This document shows positions 52,470-64,000 of a DNA stretch of 64,000 bases, piece after piece. How positions within the stretch are numbered: position 1 is the stretch's first letter; each line of letters begins with the position of its first letter. Under the pieces are notes generated by a model. That model worked only from the letters and a program-made list of their open reading frames with translations. It ran no database searches and was not told the origin of the DNA. This stretch comes from Neocallimastix sp. 'constans'. Its lineage: Eukaryota. Location: the NCBI GenBank assembly GCA_050613775.1, contig JBODTK010000119.1, forward strand, positions 186,001-250,000, written 5' to 3'. The translations under genes and the position numbers were made by a program.

Positions 52470-55400
52470 GTTAGTTAGTTAGTTAGTTAGTTATTTATAT
52501 AGTTAGTTATTTATATAGTTATTTATTTAGTTATTTATATAGTTATTATTTATTTATTTATTTATTTATTTAGTTAGTTAGTTAGTTATTTATTTATTTA
52601 TTTAGTTATTTATTTAAATAGAAAAGAATATATATCACAGTAAAATTCAATGAATTATTAAATATCTTATATTGTTTTTGCTTTTTTAAAGATTCAGTTT
52701 TATAAAAGTAACTATTCTAATTTTTATTGGAAAATTAATCGCTAATTATTGTAATAACAATAATCAATTTTTTTTACTAATTATTATAATATTATTAATA
52801 TTATTTAAATTCAGGCATAGAAAAGCTTATAATTTAATTCCATATAGCAATTTATTTACATCAATATAACTGACATGGAATTATATAAAACGTATTCCAT
52901 ATAATAAAATATTTAAATTCTAATATTTATTTACATGGAAAAATTACGGAATATATCATTCATAAAATAAAAGTAATTTACAATAAATAACAAATATTAA
53001 TAGATTTATTGTTCATTCACTTACTATGAGTGTGGTAAAAGTAGTAACTAGTTAAATAATAATAATACTTAGTGTTTTTATTATTTATTTTGAACATAAG
53101 AAAAATTATTTCATCATTTGTCCATACCTTTTATATATATATATAGATAGATAGATAGATATAAATATGAGTAAACTATAAATATAATAAATAAAGATTA
53201 AACCTTAGAGTTTATACTTTTATATCAGTAAATAATAAATAAATAAATAGAAATAATTTATTATATATATAAGAGGGATAAATATATGTATATATATTTA
53301 TATTTCTATATTTATATATATATAAATATGTTCCATTTTATCTTTTATTATTTATTTTATATTATTTATATTTTATTGCATAATTATAAAGATATAACTT
53401 TTAAAATTAAATAAAGTAAATAGTTCCTATTAATTATTTTTATTATTTATAAAAGTTTTTTTTTTTCCTTTTATATCTATTTAATGTTTAAAATGCGATT
53501 GCTCTATTTGGAAATCATAGCGTTTCAACCGTTTTGTATACATAAAAAGTTCAGTTTCAAATTCAAATTTCAAATGTCAATGCTAACATTTTAATGAATA
53601 TATATTGTATTAATTATTTATTCAATTGAAATTGGTTATTGTATTAACTATTTATTAAAATGAAATTGGTTATTGTATTAACTATTACTCAATTGAAATT
53701 GATTATAGCTATTTATTATTGTATTAATTAACAACTGTTGTTTGTATTTCCATTGAATGTATTGTATTTTTAATTATATTATTTTACTATTAATTTTTTG
53801 AATTAATTTATTTTTGTTATTTCTTAATTAAATAATAAAAAAAATATGTTATAGAATTAACACGAAATATATTTTTATTATACTGATAATATATGCTTAA
53901 ATTAAAATATTTTATTAATTCATTATATGTATTTAATTTTTTATTTTTTTTTATGTACTCAAATAAAATAGAAATTAAATTTAAAAGTTGAATATATTAT
54001 AATATAATTATAACTATATTTAAATTTAATATATTTTATATAAAATACAATATATTGAAATATATGGAAATCACCTATATTTCATACAAAAGCCATAAAT
54101 TAGAAATTGCTATCAATTAAAAACATCCAATCACCTTCTTTGATATAATTTACACCAAAATAATTATTGGACTTGATTAAAGAAATAATAAAACAAAATA
54201 AAATAATAAAATATATAAAATATATAAAATAATAAAATAATAAAATAATAAAATAATAAAATAATAAAATAATAAAATAAAATAAAATAATAAAATAATA
54301 AAATATATAAAATATATAAAATAATAAAATAATAAAATAATAAATAATAAAATAATAAAATAATAAAATAATAAAATAATAAAATATATAGAATGGAAAT
54401 GTAATAATTTTTATTAAAAGATAAGCAAAGTCAGCTTATGTAATAGAAAAGTATTACTAATTCATTTATTGATTTAATAAATTATTATAATGAATAGAAA
54501 AAATAAATATATTTTATAAATATTTTATAATATATATTTTTTTTAATTATTTTTATCAACTATTTTATTAAATATATATTTTTTTTATTAATAATAGTTA
54601 TTTAATAATCATTGTTATAGTATTTACAATTATAATTAAATAGTATTTGATTATTATTATTTATTAATTATTATTATTTACTTATTATTATATCATGAAT
54701 ATTTTATTCAATTAATATAATAAAAATCATAATGCTTATTTTAATATATATTTTTATTTTAATTTTTATAATATTTTATTTACAATTATTATTATCATTA
54801 CTGCTATTATTGTAAGTTATTATTAATAATTAGTTATGGATTATTAATAATGAATTATTATTAATTATAATTTTTTACAAATCATTTAAGATAATTTTTC
54901 ATTATTAACTAGTATAAATAAAATATTTCATAAACTATGGAATAACATGAAACACTCTAAATTTTTAATATAATTAATCAGAAGTATGGATAAAAACGTT
55001 TTTAAGTCATTATAGAATATTTAATTTAAATATAATATAAATTTTATATACAGGTGTCTTTTTTTTTTTTTTTTGATTTTTGTTTGTTTATTTAAAATAA
55101 AAATTTTAAGTTAATTGCATATAATATTTTGTCTTATTCCATAGTTATAATTCTATTTCTATAACATCCATATTAAATATTTATTTAAATTATCATAATG
55201 TAGTCAATATTAATTTTAATTAACCATGTTATATAACTCTATCTAATAGTCAATTTATTATTAATGAAAATTATTCCTTTTAGTTTCTAAATCAAATTTT
55301 ATAATCAAATATTTTTATTTTCCTTTATTTACTATTAATTATGTATTATTTATTATTTATTATTTATTATTTATTATTTATTATTTATTATTTATTATTT

Positions 55401-56229
55401 ATTATTTATTATTTATTATTTATTATTTATTATTTATTATTTATTATTTATTATTTATTATTTATTATTTATTATTTATTATTCAATTATTTATTATTTA
55501 TTATTTATTATTTATTATTTATTATTTATTATTACAATGTGCTTTTAATATGCTTTTAATTATTTAAATTTACTAAGCCATGCTTTAAATATTTAAAATC
55601 AGGCTTTTTTTTTTATTACTATTATTATAATTAAAATAATCCACAATAATCAACTTTAATATATTTAATATAATATTAAATATTATAATATAATCTATAT
55701 TTTTAATTATTTTCCTTCAAATATTATGAAAGGAAAAAAAATTATTATTCTATTGGTAGTGTTATTTTACTTTAAATCTACTTTATCAAAATATATATTT
55801 TTTATATTTAAATATTATATATATATAAAACAGAAAAAAAAAAAGCCTTAACTTTTTTTTTTAATCAAAACATATATTTTATATTTTTTTTATATAAAAA
55901 AGAAAAGCCATTTTTTATTCACAATAAATTTTCATATCATCTTCCTTTAATATATATTATATGTCTTAATATTATAAAAAACAATGTAAAAAATAATTAA
56001 TAAATAAAAAATAAATAATAAATAAATAAAAAATAAATAATAGATAAATAATAAATAAATAAAAAATAAATAAATAAATAAAAAATAAATAAATAAATAA
56101 TAAATAAATAAATAAAAATTCAATTTATATTAATTTATAAAGTTTTTTTTCTTTTTTATTATTATTTTATTATTATTATTATATTATTTATTTATTTATT
56201 TATTATATTATTTATTTATTTATTTATTT

Positions 56230-56261
<32 letters not shown>

Positions 56262-56429
56262 TTAATTTATTTAAATATCATTTCTCTTTTTCAATATTAT
56301 GAATATTAAATTGGCACATTGTTTTAAAAAATTTTTATATTCATTTATGTTGTACTCTATTTGTTTTTAGATCATTTTGTTTTTATATTATATAAATGAA
56401 AATAAAGAATAAAGATTAAAAATAAAAAT

Positions 56430-56460
<31 letters not shown>

Positions 56461-57469
56461 GTTACAGTTTTATATTGATATCCACATAAAAAATAATCAA
56501 AAAATAAAATTAATAATAATAATAATTATAATAATACTAGTAACAAAAAAAAATAAATAAATAAAATAAATGTTATGTAATTAATGAAATTAAAAAAAAA
56601 ATACAAAATAATAATACATAATTAAAAAAAAGATTAATAATATTATTATTAACAATATATTTTTATTTACAATTAATATTGAATGGAAAATTGACTATCA
56701 TAGTTTTTTTATTTTTATTCATATATGACTACATGTTTCAACATTTATCATCGTTCTTTCATTTTTATTTAAATTTTTTTTTTGTTTTTTTTTTTTATTC
56801 AAAATAATTAATAAATATTATTCATGTAGGACAAGAAAAAAAAATTAATTTTATTTTAAATATTAAAATAAAAATTAAAAAATAAAAAGATTTGTATTTA
56901 AATTTTTTTTTTTTAATAAAGTTAATTGTAATATTATTAATATTTATATAATATAATAATAATGACCCTTATTTATGTAAATGAATAATATAAATACATG
57001 TCACATCACATGATCATTATCATAAAATATATGTTAATATATTTATTGTGAAAACCTTTAGTAATAGTTCTTGTAAATTAGTTCTTGTAAAGCTTAATAA
57101 AAAAAAGTTAATAATAAATATATTATTTTAACTATATTTTCCATTATATAATATTTAAGATTTAAATTGAAAATTAAAATTAAGAATTCTTTTTGTAAAA
57201 TTAATTCAAATTTAAAATTATATTATTATACGATGAAGAAATGAATATTCTTTACCAATATTAAATATTAGTAGAAATATATCATTTAAAAACTATTTAA
57301 TTAGTTAATTAGTTATTTATCTATTTATTTATTTATTTATTTACTTTTTCTACCTTTTGTTCTATTTCTTTTTTTTTTACTATTTTTTATTTTCATTTCT
57401 GTATTATTTTTATAAAAGAAAAAAAAAAAAAAAAAAAAAAAGAGATATTAATAGTAATTTACGGTTACA

Positions 57470-57501
<32 letters not shown>

Positions 57502-57727
57502 CATTTCTGACAATTTTAAATCTGTTTTTATTATTATTGTTATTATTCACAGTACATATGATATAAATAATTAAATAATAGTAATAATAAATACATATTT
57601 TAATAATAATCAATCATTATAATAATTAAAAGATTAGATTAATTTATTTTAAACTATTTCAAATCATTCCTAATATTATCAAATATCAACTTTTTCATAA
57701 ATATTAACAATTATATGATATTATTTT

Positions 57728-57764
<37 letters not shown>

Positions 57765-58033
57765 CTTTAAATTATAATTATATTCATTATTGATATTTAA
57801 ATCACTTAAACATTTATTAAAACATTAATAATGTTACATATATATACATTTATTTATTAGTAATTCTCAGTTATCTAAGAATATATATATTATTCTTGTT
57901 TAAATAATTGCATATCAATTATTAAATAAATTTATACTTTTTTGGTAGTTCTGTTTTAAATTTTTTTTTATATATTTTCTTCATTACTAAATTGTTTAAT
58001 TTTCAACTTTAGTTGTTGATTTATCCATATAAT

Positions 58034-58083
<50 letters not shown>

Positions 58084-58438
58084 TACCTATTTACCTTTTT
58101 TATCAGATAAAATTAATCTATGTGTTTATTATATAAATAGAAAAAAAGTATTGAAATAAAGTGTATTTAAAATATTAAAAAGAAAATAAAAAAAAAAATT
58201 CAATATTTCAATACATTTTTAATATTATAAAACTAAATATATTAATTTGAATTTTAAAAAATAAAAAAAAAAAAAAGATCAAACTTTTTAAAATGTGGAA
58301 TATATATATATATATATATATTTTTTTAATCTTTTAATATTATATAAATTTAAATGGATGAATTGATTAATAAAAAAAAATAAAATAATTTATTATATTA
58401 TTATTGTAATAAAACCTTTTTTCTCCAACGAATTTCTT

Positions 58439-58483
<45 letters not shown>

Positions 58484-58974
58484 TTATATATAATTTTAAA
58501 TAAAGAATATAAGTATATATATTTTAATTAAAAAATAAAATATTAGTAATTATTAAGCAAGAAAAAAAAAATTTTTTTTTTTTCTTTTTTCTTATTAAGA
58601 ATATCTCAGAAAATACTCTCATTGGAATCTAAATTCAGATTTTTAATAAGAGAAATAGAATCAAAATATACAATACTTCTTGACTGAGAAACTCCAAGTA
58701 GAAGAATTAGAACTTGTGAAAGTAAAAAAAAAAAAAAAATTATCAATGATCTTCTGTGATTTGATCCTGTAATAATTACATAGTATTTAGCGTAGTTTTG
58801 TGTTTATTATTGTTCTATTATTATTATTATTATTAATGTATGAACATGAAATGAAATACATTTATAATATATTTCATACCTATATGAAATATATTTATCA
58901 TATGAGCAGATTGTATATGTTAGAATAACTACATAAAAAAAAAATAAGATGATGATGATAAAAAATGGAATTTT

Positions 58975-59030
<56 letters not shown>

Positions 59031-59250
59031 GAAAAAATTGATATAGTTTAAAAGACCTATTTATTTTGGAATCTACTAAAAAATTAAAAAAAAAAAAAAT
59101 TTTCAATAAAATTATCTCTAAATCTTTAAATGCTCTAATAAAAATTTAAAGAAAATAAAAAATTCATTAAAAGAATAATGAAAATAATAGTATGAAAAGG
59201 AACGCCTATATTTTCTTGCTTTTAGTAAAAAAATAAATAAATAATCAAAT

Positions 59251-59300
<50 letters not shown>

Positions 59301-60122
59301 AAGAAAAAAGCAATTAAGTAAAATTTTATTCAAGTTCAAGATCTAGGAAATGATTAAATATTAAAGCTTAATATTCAAATACAAAATTATAAAAAAAAAA
59401 AGTATTAATAAAAAAATGTGACTTTAATGGAAGAAGAAATTAAGGCAATCAGAAACATCCATGAAAAAAAAATAAAAATATTAATATTAAAGAAAAAACA
59501 AAGACCTTTTTTTTTTTTTTTTTATAACATTGATAATTTAAGTTATTGTAATGAACCCTTTAAACATGCTTCATAAAAATTTAAAAAAAAAAAAAAAGTT
59601 TTGATTTATTCAAAATATTTTAAAATGATAAAAAAAAATAATAAAATAAAATATAAAGGAATTGATATCATTAAAAAATAAATAATGAATATTATTAATG
59701 ACATTCTATTTAAAGGAATTATAGAAGATAAATCATATAAAAAGTAGATCATTTTTATAAATAAGATGACAGCATTATGCAATAGTTTTCCCTAATTTCT
59801 GAAGAAATAATATATTTAATTTTCAAAAATACTTTTTTTTTTTTTTTTTAAATACCTTTTCAGATATTTTTCGTCTTAATGATGATAATCAATAGGATTA
59901 ATGATGATATTTTATTATAAGTTCTTCTTTTATTATAAGATTTAACCAATACTATTTTCAGTCCTTCTTTGCTTTAATAATAATTATAAAAAAAAAAGAT
60001 ATTCAATTACTATACATTTTTATAAAAAATTACATATATTGAAAAAAAGTTTTTTTTTGAAAAAGCATTTAGGAAAATATCTCAAAAATTCTTTTGGAAT
60101 ATTAAATAAACAAACCAAAAAA

Positions 60123-60174
<52 letters not shown>

Positions 60175-60262
60175 AAATTCAATATACAATATATATAAAT
60201 TTAAAACAAATACAAAAAAATGTATAAATATAAAAAAAATTGACCATCCAACTCATTATCTC

Positions 60263-60724
<462 letters not shown>

Positions 60725-61194
60725 ATTATATATATATAAATATATAACTACAAATAATATTAGTCAATTATAAAAATATCAAGATTTCGTAAAGTAATAA
60801 TAGAACTAGCAATTTTAAAAATTGAAAACTTTTTTTTTTTTTTTTTTTTTCTACTTTATTATTATTAAAAGCCAGTATATGTTTTATATTTAGGTCAATT
60901 TTATTCCCATATTTTATGATTAGTACGTTAATTAAATATTTAATTTATGTACTTTTATTGTATTTTCATCTTTATAATGTGACTTATATAATATTTACAT
61001 ATATTATGTTTCAATATAATTCAAACTAATATTTCAGATAATCTGACATTCCATTCCCTAAACCTAGCTATTGGAAAGAATAATATGGTCTATTGGTTTC
61101 TATTATTAATGTGGCTCTTATGTTAACACAATTAAATATATAAAAATAAATGTATAAATAAATAAATAAATAAATAATGTAATAATATAAGTAT

Positions 61195-62967
61195 ATAAAA
61201 TAAAATAAAAATAAAATAAATAGTAGAATATGAATATAAAGTACAGATTGAATAAAATAAAATAAAATAACATAAATAATAGAAATATAAATACGAAGTT
61301 CAGATTGAATAAAATAAAATAAAATAAAATAAATATTGAATATGAATATAAAGTACAGATTGAATAAAATAAAATAAAATACAATAAAATAAAATAAAAT
61401 AAATAGTAGAATATAAATATGAACTACAGATTGAATAAAATAAAATAAAATAAAATAAAATAAAATAAAATAAAATAAAATAAAATAATAAAATAAAATA
61501 AAATAAAATAAATAGTAGAATATCATATATTAAAGTACAGATTGAATAAAATAAAATAAAATAAAATATAATAAATAGTTGAAATATAAATATGAAGTAC
61601 AGAATGAATAAAATAAAATAAAATAAAATAAAATAAAATAAATATTGAATATGAATATAAAGTACAGATTGAATAAAATAAAATAAAATAAATAGTAGAA
61701 TATCAAATATTAAAGTACAGATTGAATAAAATAAAATAAAATAAATAGTAGAATATCAAATATTAAAGTACAGATTGAATAAAATAAAATAAAATAAAAT
61801 AAAATAAAATAAAATATAATAAAATAAAATAAAATAAAATAAAATAAATAGTAGAATATCAAATATTAAAGTACAGATTGAATAAAATAAAATAAAATAA
61901 AATAAAATAAATAGTAGAATATCAAATATTAAAGTACAGATTGAATAAAATAAAATAAAATAAAATAAAATAAATAGTATAATATCAAATATTAAAGTGC
62001 AGATTGAATAAAATAAAATAAAATAAAATAAATAGTAGAATGTCAAATATTAAAGTGCAGATTGAATAAAATAAAATATAATAAAATAAAATAAAATAAA
62101 ATAAAATAAATAGTAGAATATCAAATATTAAAGTACAGATTGAATAAAATAAAATAAAATAAAATAAAATAAATAGTAGAATATCAAATATTAAAGTACA
62201 GATTGAATAAAATAAAATAAAATAAAATAAATAGTATAATATCAAATATTAAAGTGCAGATTGAATAAAATAAAATAAAATAAAATAAAATAAAATAAAA
62301 TAAAATAAAATAAATAGTAGAATGTCAAATATTAAAGTACAGATTGAATAAAATAAAATAAAATAAAATAAAATAAAATAAAATAAATAGTAGAATATTA
62401 GAATATCAAATATTAAAGTACAGATTGAATAAAATAAAATAAAATAAATAGTAGAATATCAAATATTAAAGTACAGATTGAATAAAATAAAATAAAATAA
62501 AATATAATAAAATAAAATAAAATAAAATAAAATAAATAGTAGAATATCAAATATTAAAGTACAGATTGAATAAAATAAAATAAAATAAAATAAAATAAAA
62601 TAAAATAAATAGTATAATATCAAATATTAAAGTGCAGATTGAATAAAATAAAATAAAATAAAATAAAATAAAATAAATAGTAGAATATCAAATATTAAAG
62701 TACAGATTGAATAAAATAAAATAAAATAAAATAAAATAAAATAAATAGTATAATATCAAATATTAAAGTGCAGATTGAATAAAATAAAATAAAATAAAAT
62801 AAATAGTAGAATGTCAAATATTAAAGTACAGATTGAATAAAATAAAATAAAATAAAATATAATATAATAAAATAAAATAAAATAAAATAAAATAAAATAA
62901 AATAAAATAAAATAAAATAAAATAAAATGAAATAAAATAAAATAAAATAAAATAAAATAAAATAAAT
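61195..62967 (+). repeat. Tandem array of a ~40-bp unit (AAATAGTAGAATATCAAATATTAAAGTACAGATTGAAT) separated by variable (AAAAT)n
   Basis: More than 20 visible copies with recurring variants (GTAC/GTGC, TAGAAT/TATAAT, ATC/GTC). Confidence 0.95.
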
Positions 62968-63230
62968 ATATATTATTATTTTATATTAGAGAATATTAAA
63001 GATCAATGTTTTCGAAATGAAAATTTTTTACATTTTTATTATATTCAATTAATGATGTAATATATAAAACAATATTATTGATTGTTAATAATCTTATTAA
63101 ATATTAATGATTTTTTTGCTTTCTAACATATATAATTAAATAAAACATTTTCTTTTTAAAAATAAATTGTCTTTTAATATTCTTTAATAAAAAACAATTA
63201 TAAATATTTATTTTATTATATTTTATATAC

Positions 63231-63522
63231 TTGTACTTTTATATTATTACATTAAATATTTTTTTTATTTTATTCAATCTGTACTTTATATTCATATTCT
63301 ATTATTTATTTTATTTTATTTTATTTTATTTTATTTTATTCAATCTTTACTTTTTATTCATATTCAATATTTATTTTATTTTATTTTATTCAATCTGTAC
63401 TTTATATTCATATTCAATATTTATTTTATTTTATTTTATTCAATCTGTACTTTATAATCATATTCAATATTTATTTTATTTTATTTTATTCAATCTGTAA
63501 TTTATATTCATTTTCTACTATT
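63231..63522 (-). repeat. Inverted copy of the same repeat array
   Basis: ATTCAATCTGTACTTTATATTCATATTC is the reverse complement of GAATATGAATATAAAGTACAGATTGAAT. About 5 units. Confidence 0.92.
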
Positions 63523-64000
63523 TAATGAATTAAAAAATGATAATAATATATTTATTTATTATAAAGCTATTTCAAATTTACCATTTATAAATCCTGAATA
63601 CATATTTGATATATAAGTTATAATTAAAATTAAATCCATTAAAAATAATTATTGTCAATTTTTAAAATTTTTAGAATTTTTTTATAAAACATATTTAGTT
63701 GAATATGATATGAAATTTTGGAATTATTATAATAATATGGAACATATAACAAACAATACCTCAGAATCACTCAATAATTATTTAAATAATTTATTTCCAA
63801 TAAAACCATCTTATTATGAATTAATAGATAAATTAAATGAACTTGAACATTTATCATATTATGATTATCAAAGAAAAATAAGAGAAATTTGGAAAATAAA
63901 AAAAAGAACAATAAATAAAACTAATGAAATCAGTGTCTTAATTGAACGCTACAAAAATATTGAAGCCAAGTTAATTAATGCTAAATGTGATAGAAATAAT
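63521..64000 (+). pseudogene. Mutator-like (MULE) transposase C-terminal fragment
   Basis: Translation: YKAISNLPFINPEYIFDI*...FLEFFYKTYL...FWNYYNNMEHITNNTSESLNNYLNNLFPIKPSYYELI. The WN...TNN..ES.N..LN motif carries the catalytic Glu of MULE DDE transposases. There is a stop at 63614-63616 and the N-terminal part is absent. Confidence 0.8.

Noticed and set aside
57990..58030. Minus-strand ATGGATAAA (MDK...) as an alternative tropomyosin first exon
   Set aside because: It has no strong splice donor, hits a stop after 10 codons and lies about 7 kb away. The exon at 51349 already supplies a canonical MDKIKE with GTAAGT.
58440..60100. Patchy complex sequence broken by poly(A) runs, possibly a very old retroelement or pseudogene
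   Set aside because: I could not recover any diagnostic motif by eye. TBLASTX against a repeat library would be needed.
61195..62967. CRISPR-like repeat/spacer appearance
   Set aside because: The spacers are only (AAAAT)n of variable length rather than unique sequences. There are no cas genes and the context is eukaryotic.

Overview
This is extremely AT-rich, intron-containing eukaryotic DNA. Composition, long homopolymer and microsatellite tracts, and fungal-type genes suggest an anaerobic gut fungus (Neocallimastigomycota); this is inferred, not shown. Genes reconstructed by hand: a partial unknown ORF at the left edge; glutamyl-tRNA synthetase with a C-terminal Arc1p/EMAP-II-like tRNA-binding domain; a small secreted Cys-rich protein; a CK2-alpha-like kinase with an N-terminal membrane anchor; UTP15; a Dma1-type FHA-RING E3 ligase; a La/LARP7-like protein; a 2167-aa orphan with a huge disordered N-terminus and a multi-pass membrane C-terminus (two listed ORFs join by splicing); and a tropomyosin with two duplicated 38-codon phase-0 exons. 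Mobile DNA includes an internally deleted Ty1/copia element, several 5'-truncated LINE copies (one with a clear TSD), a two-copy SINE-like or LINE-tail repeat, and a MULE transposase pseudogene abutting arrays of a ~40-bp unit spaced by (AAAAT)n. The most interesting observations are the modular tropomyosin (161/199/237 aa), the GluRS-Arc1p-like fusion and the membrane-anchored CK2-like kinase. Most other short ORFs in the track are low-complexity artefacts.
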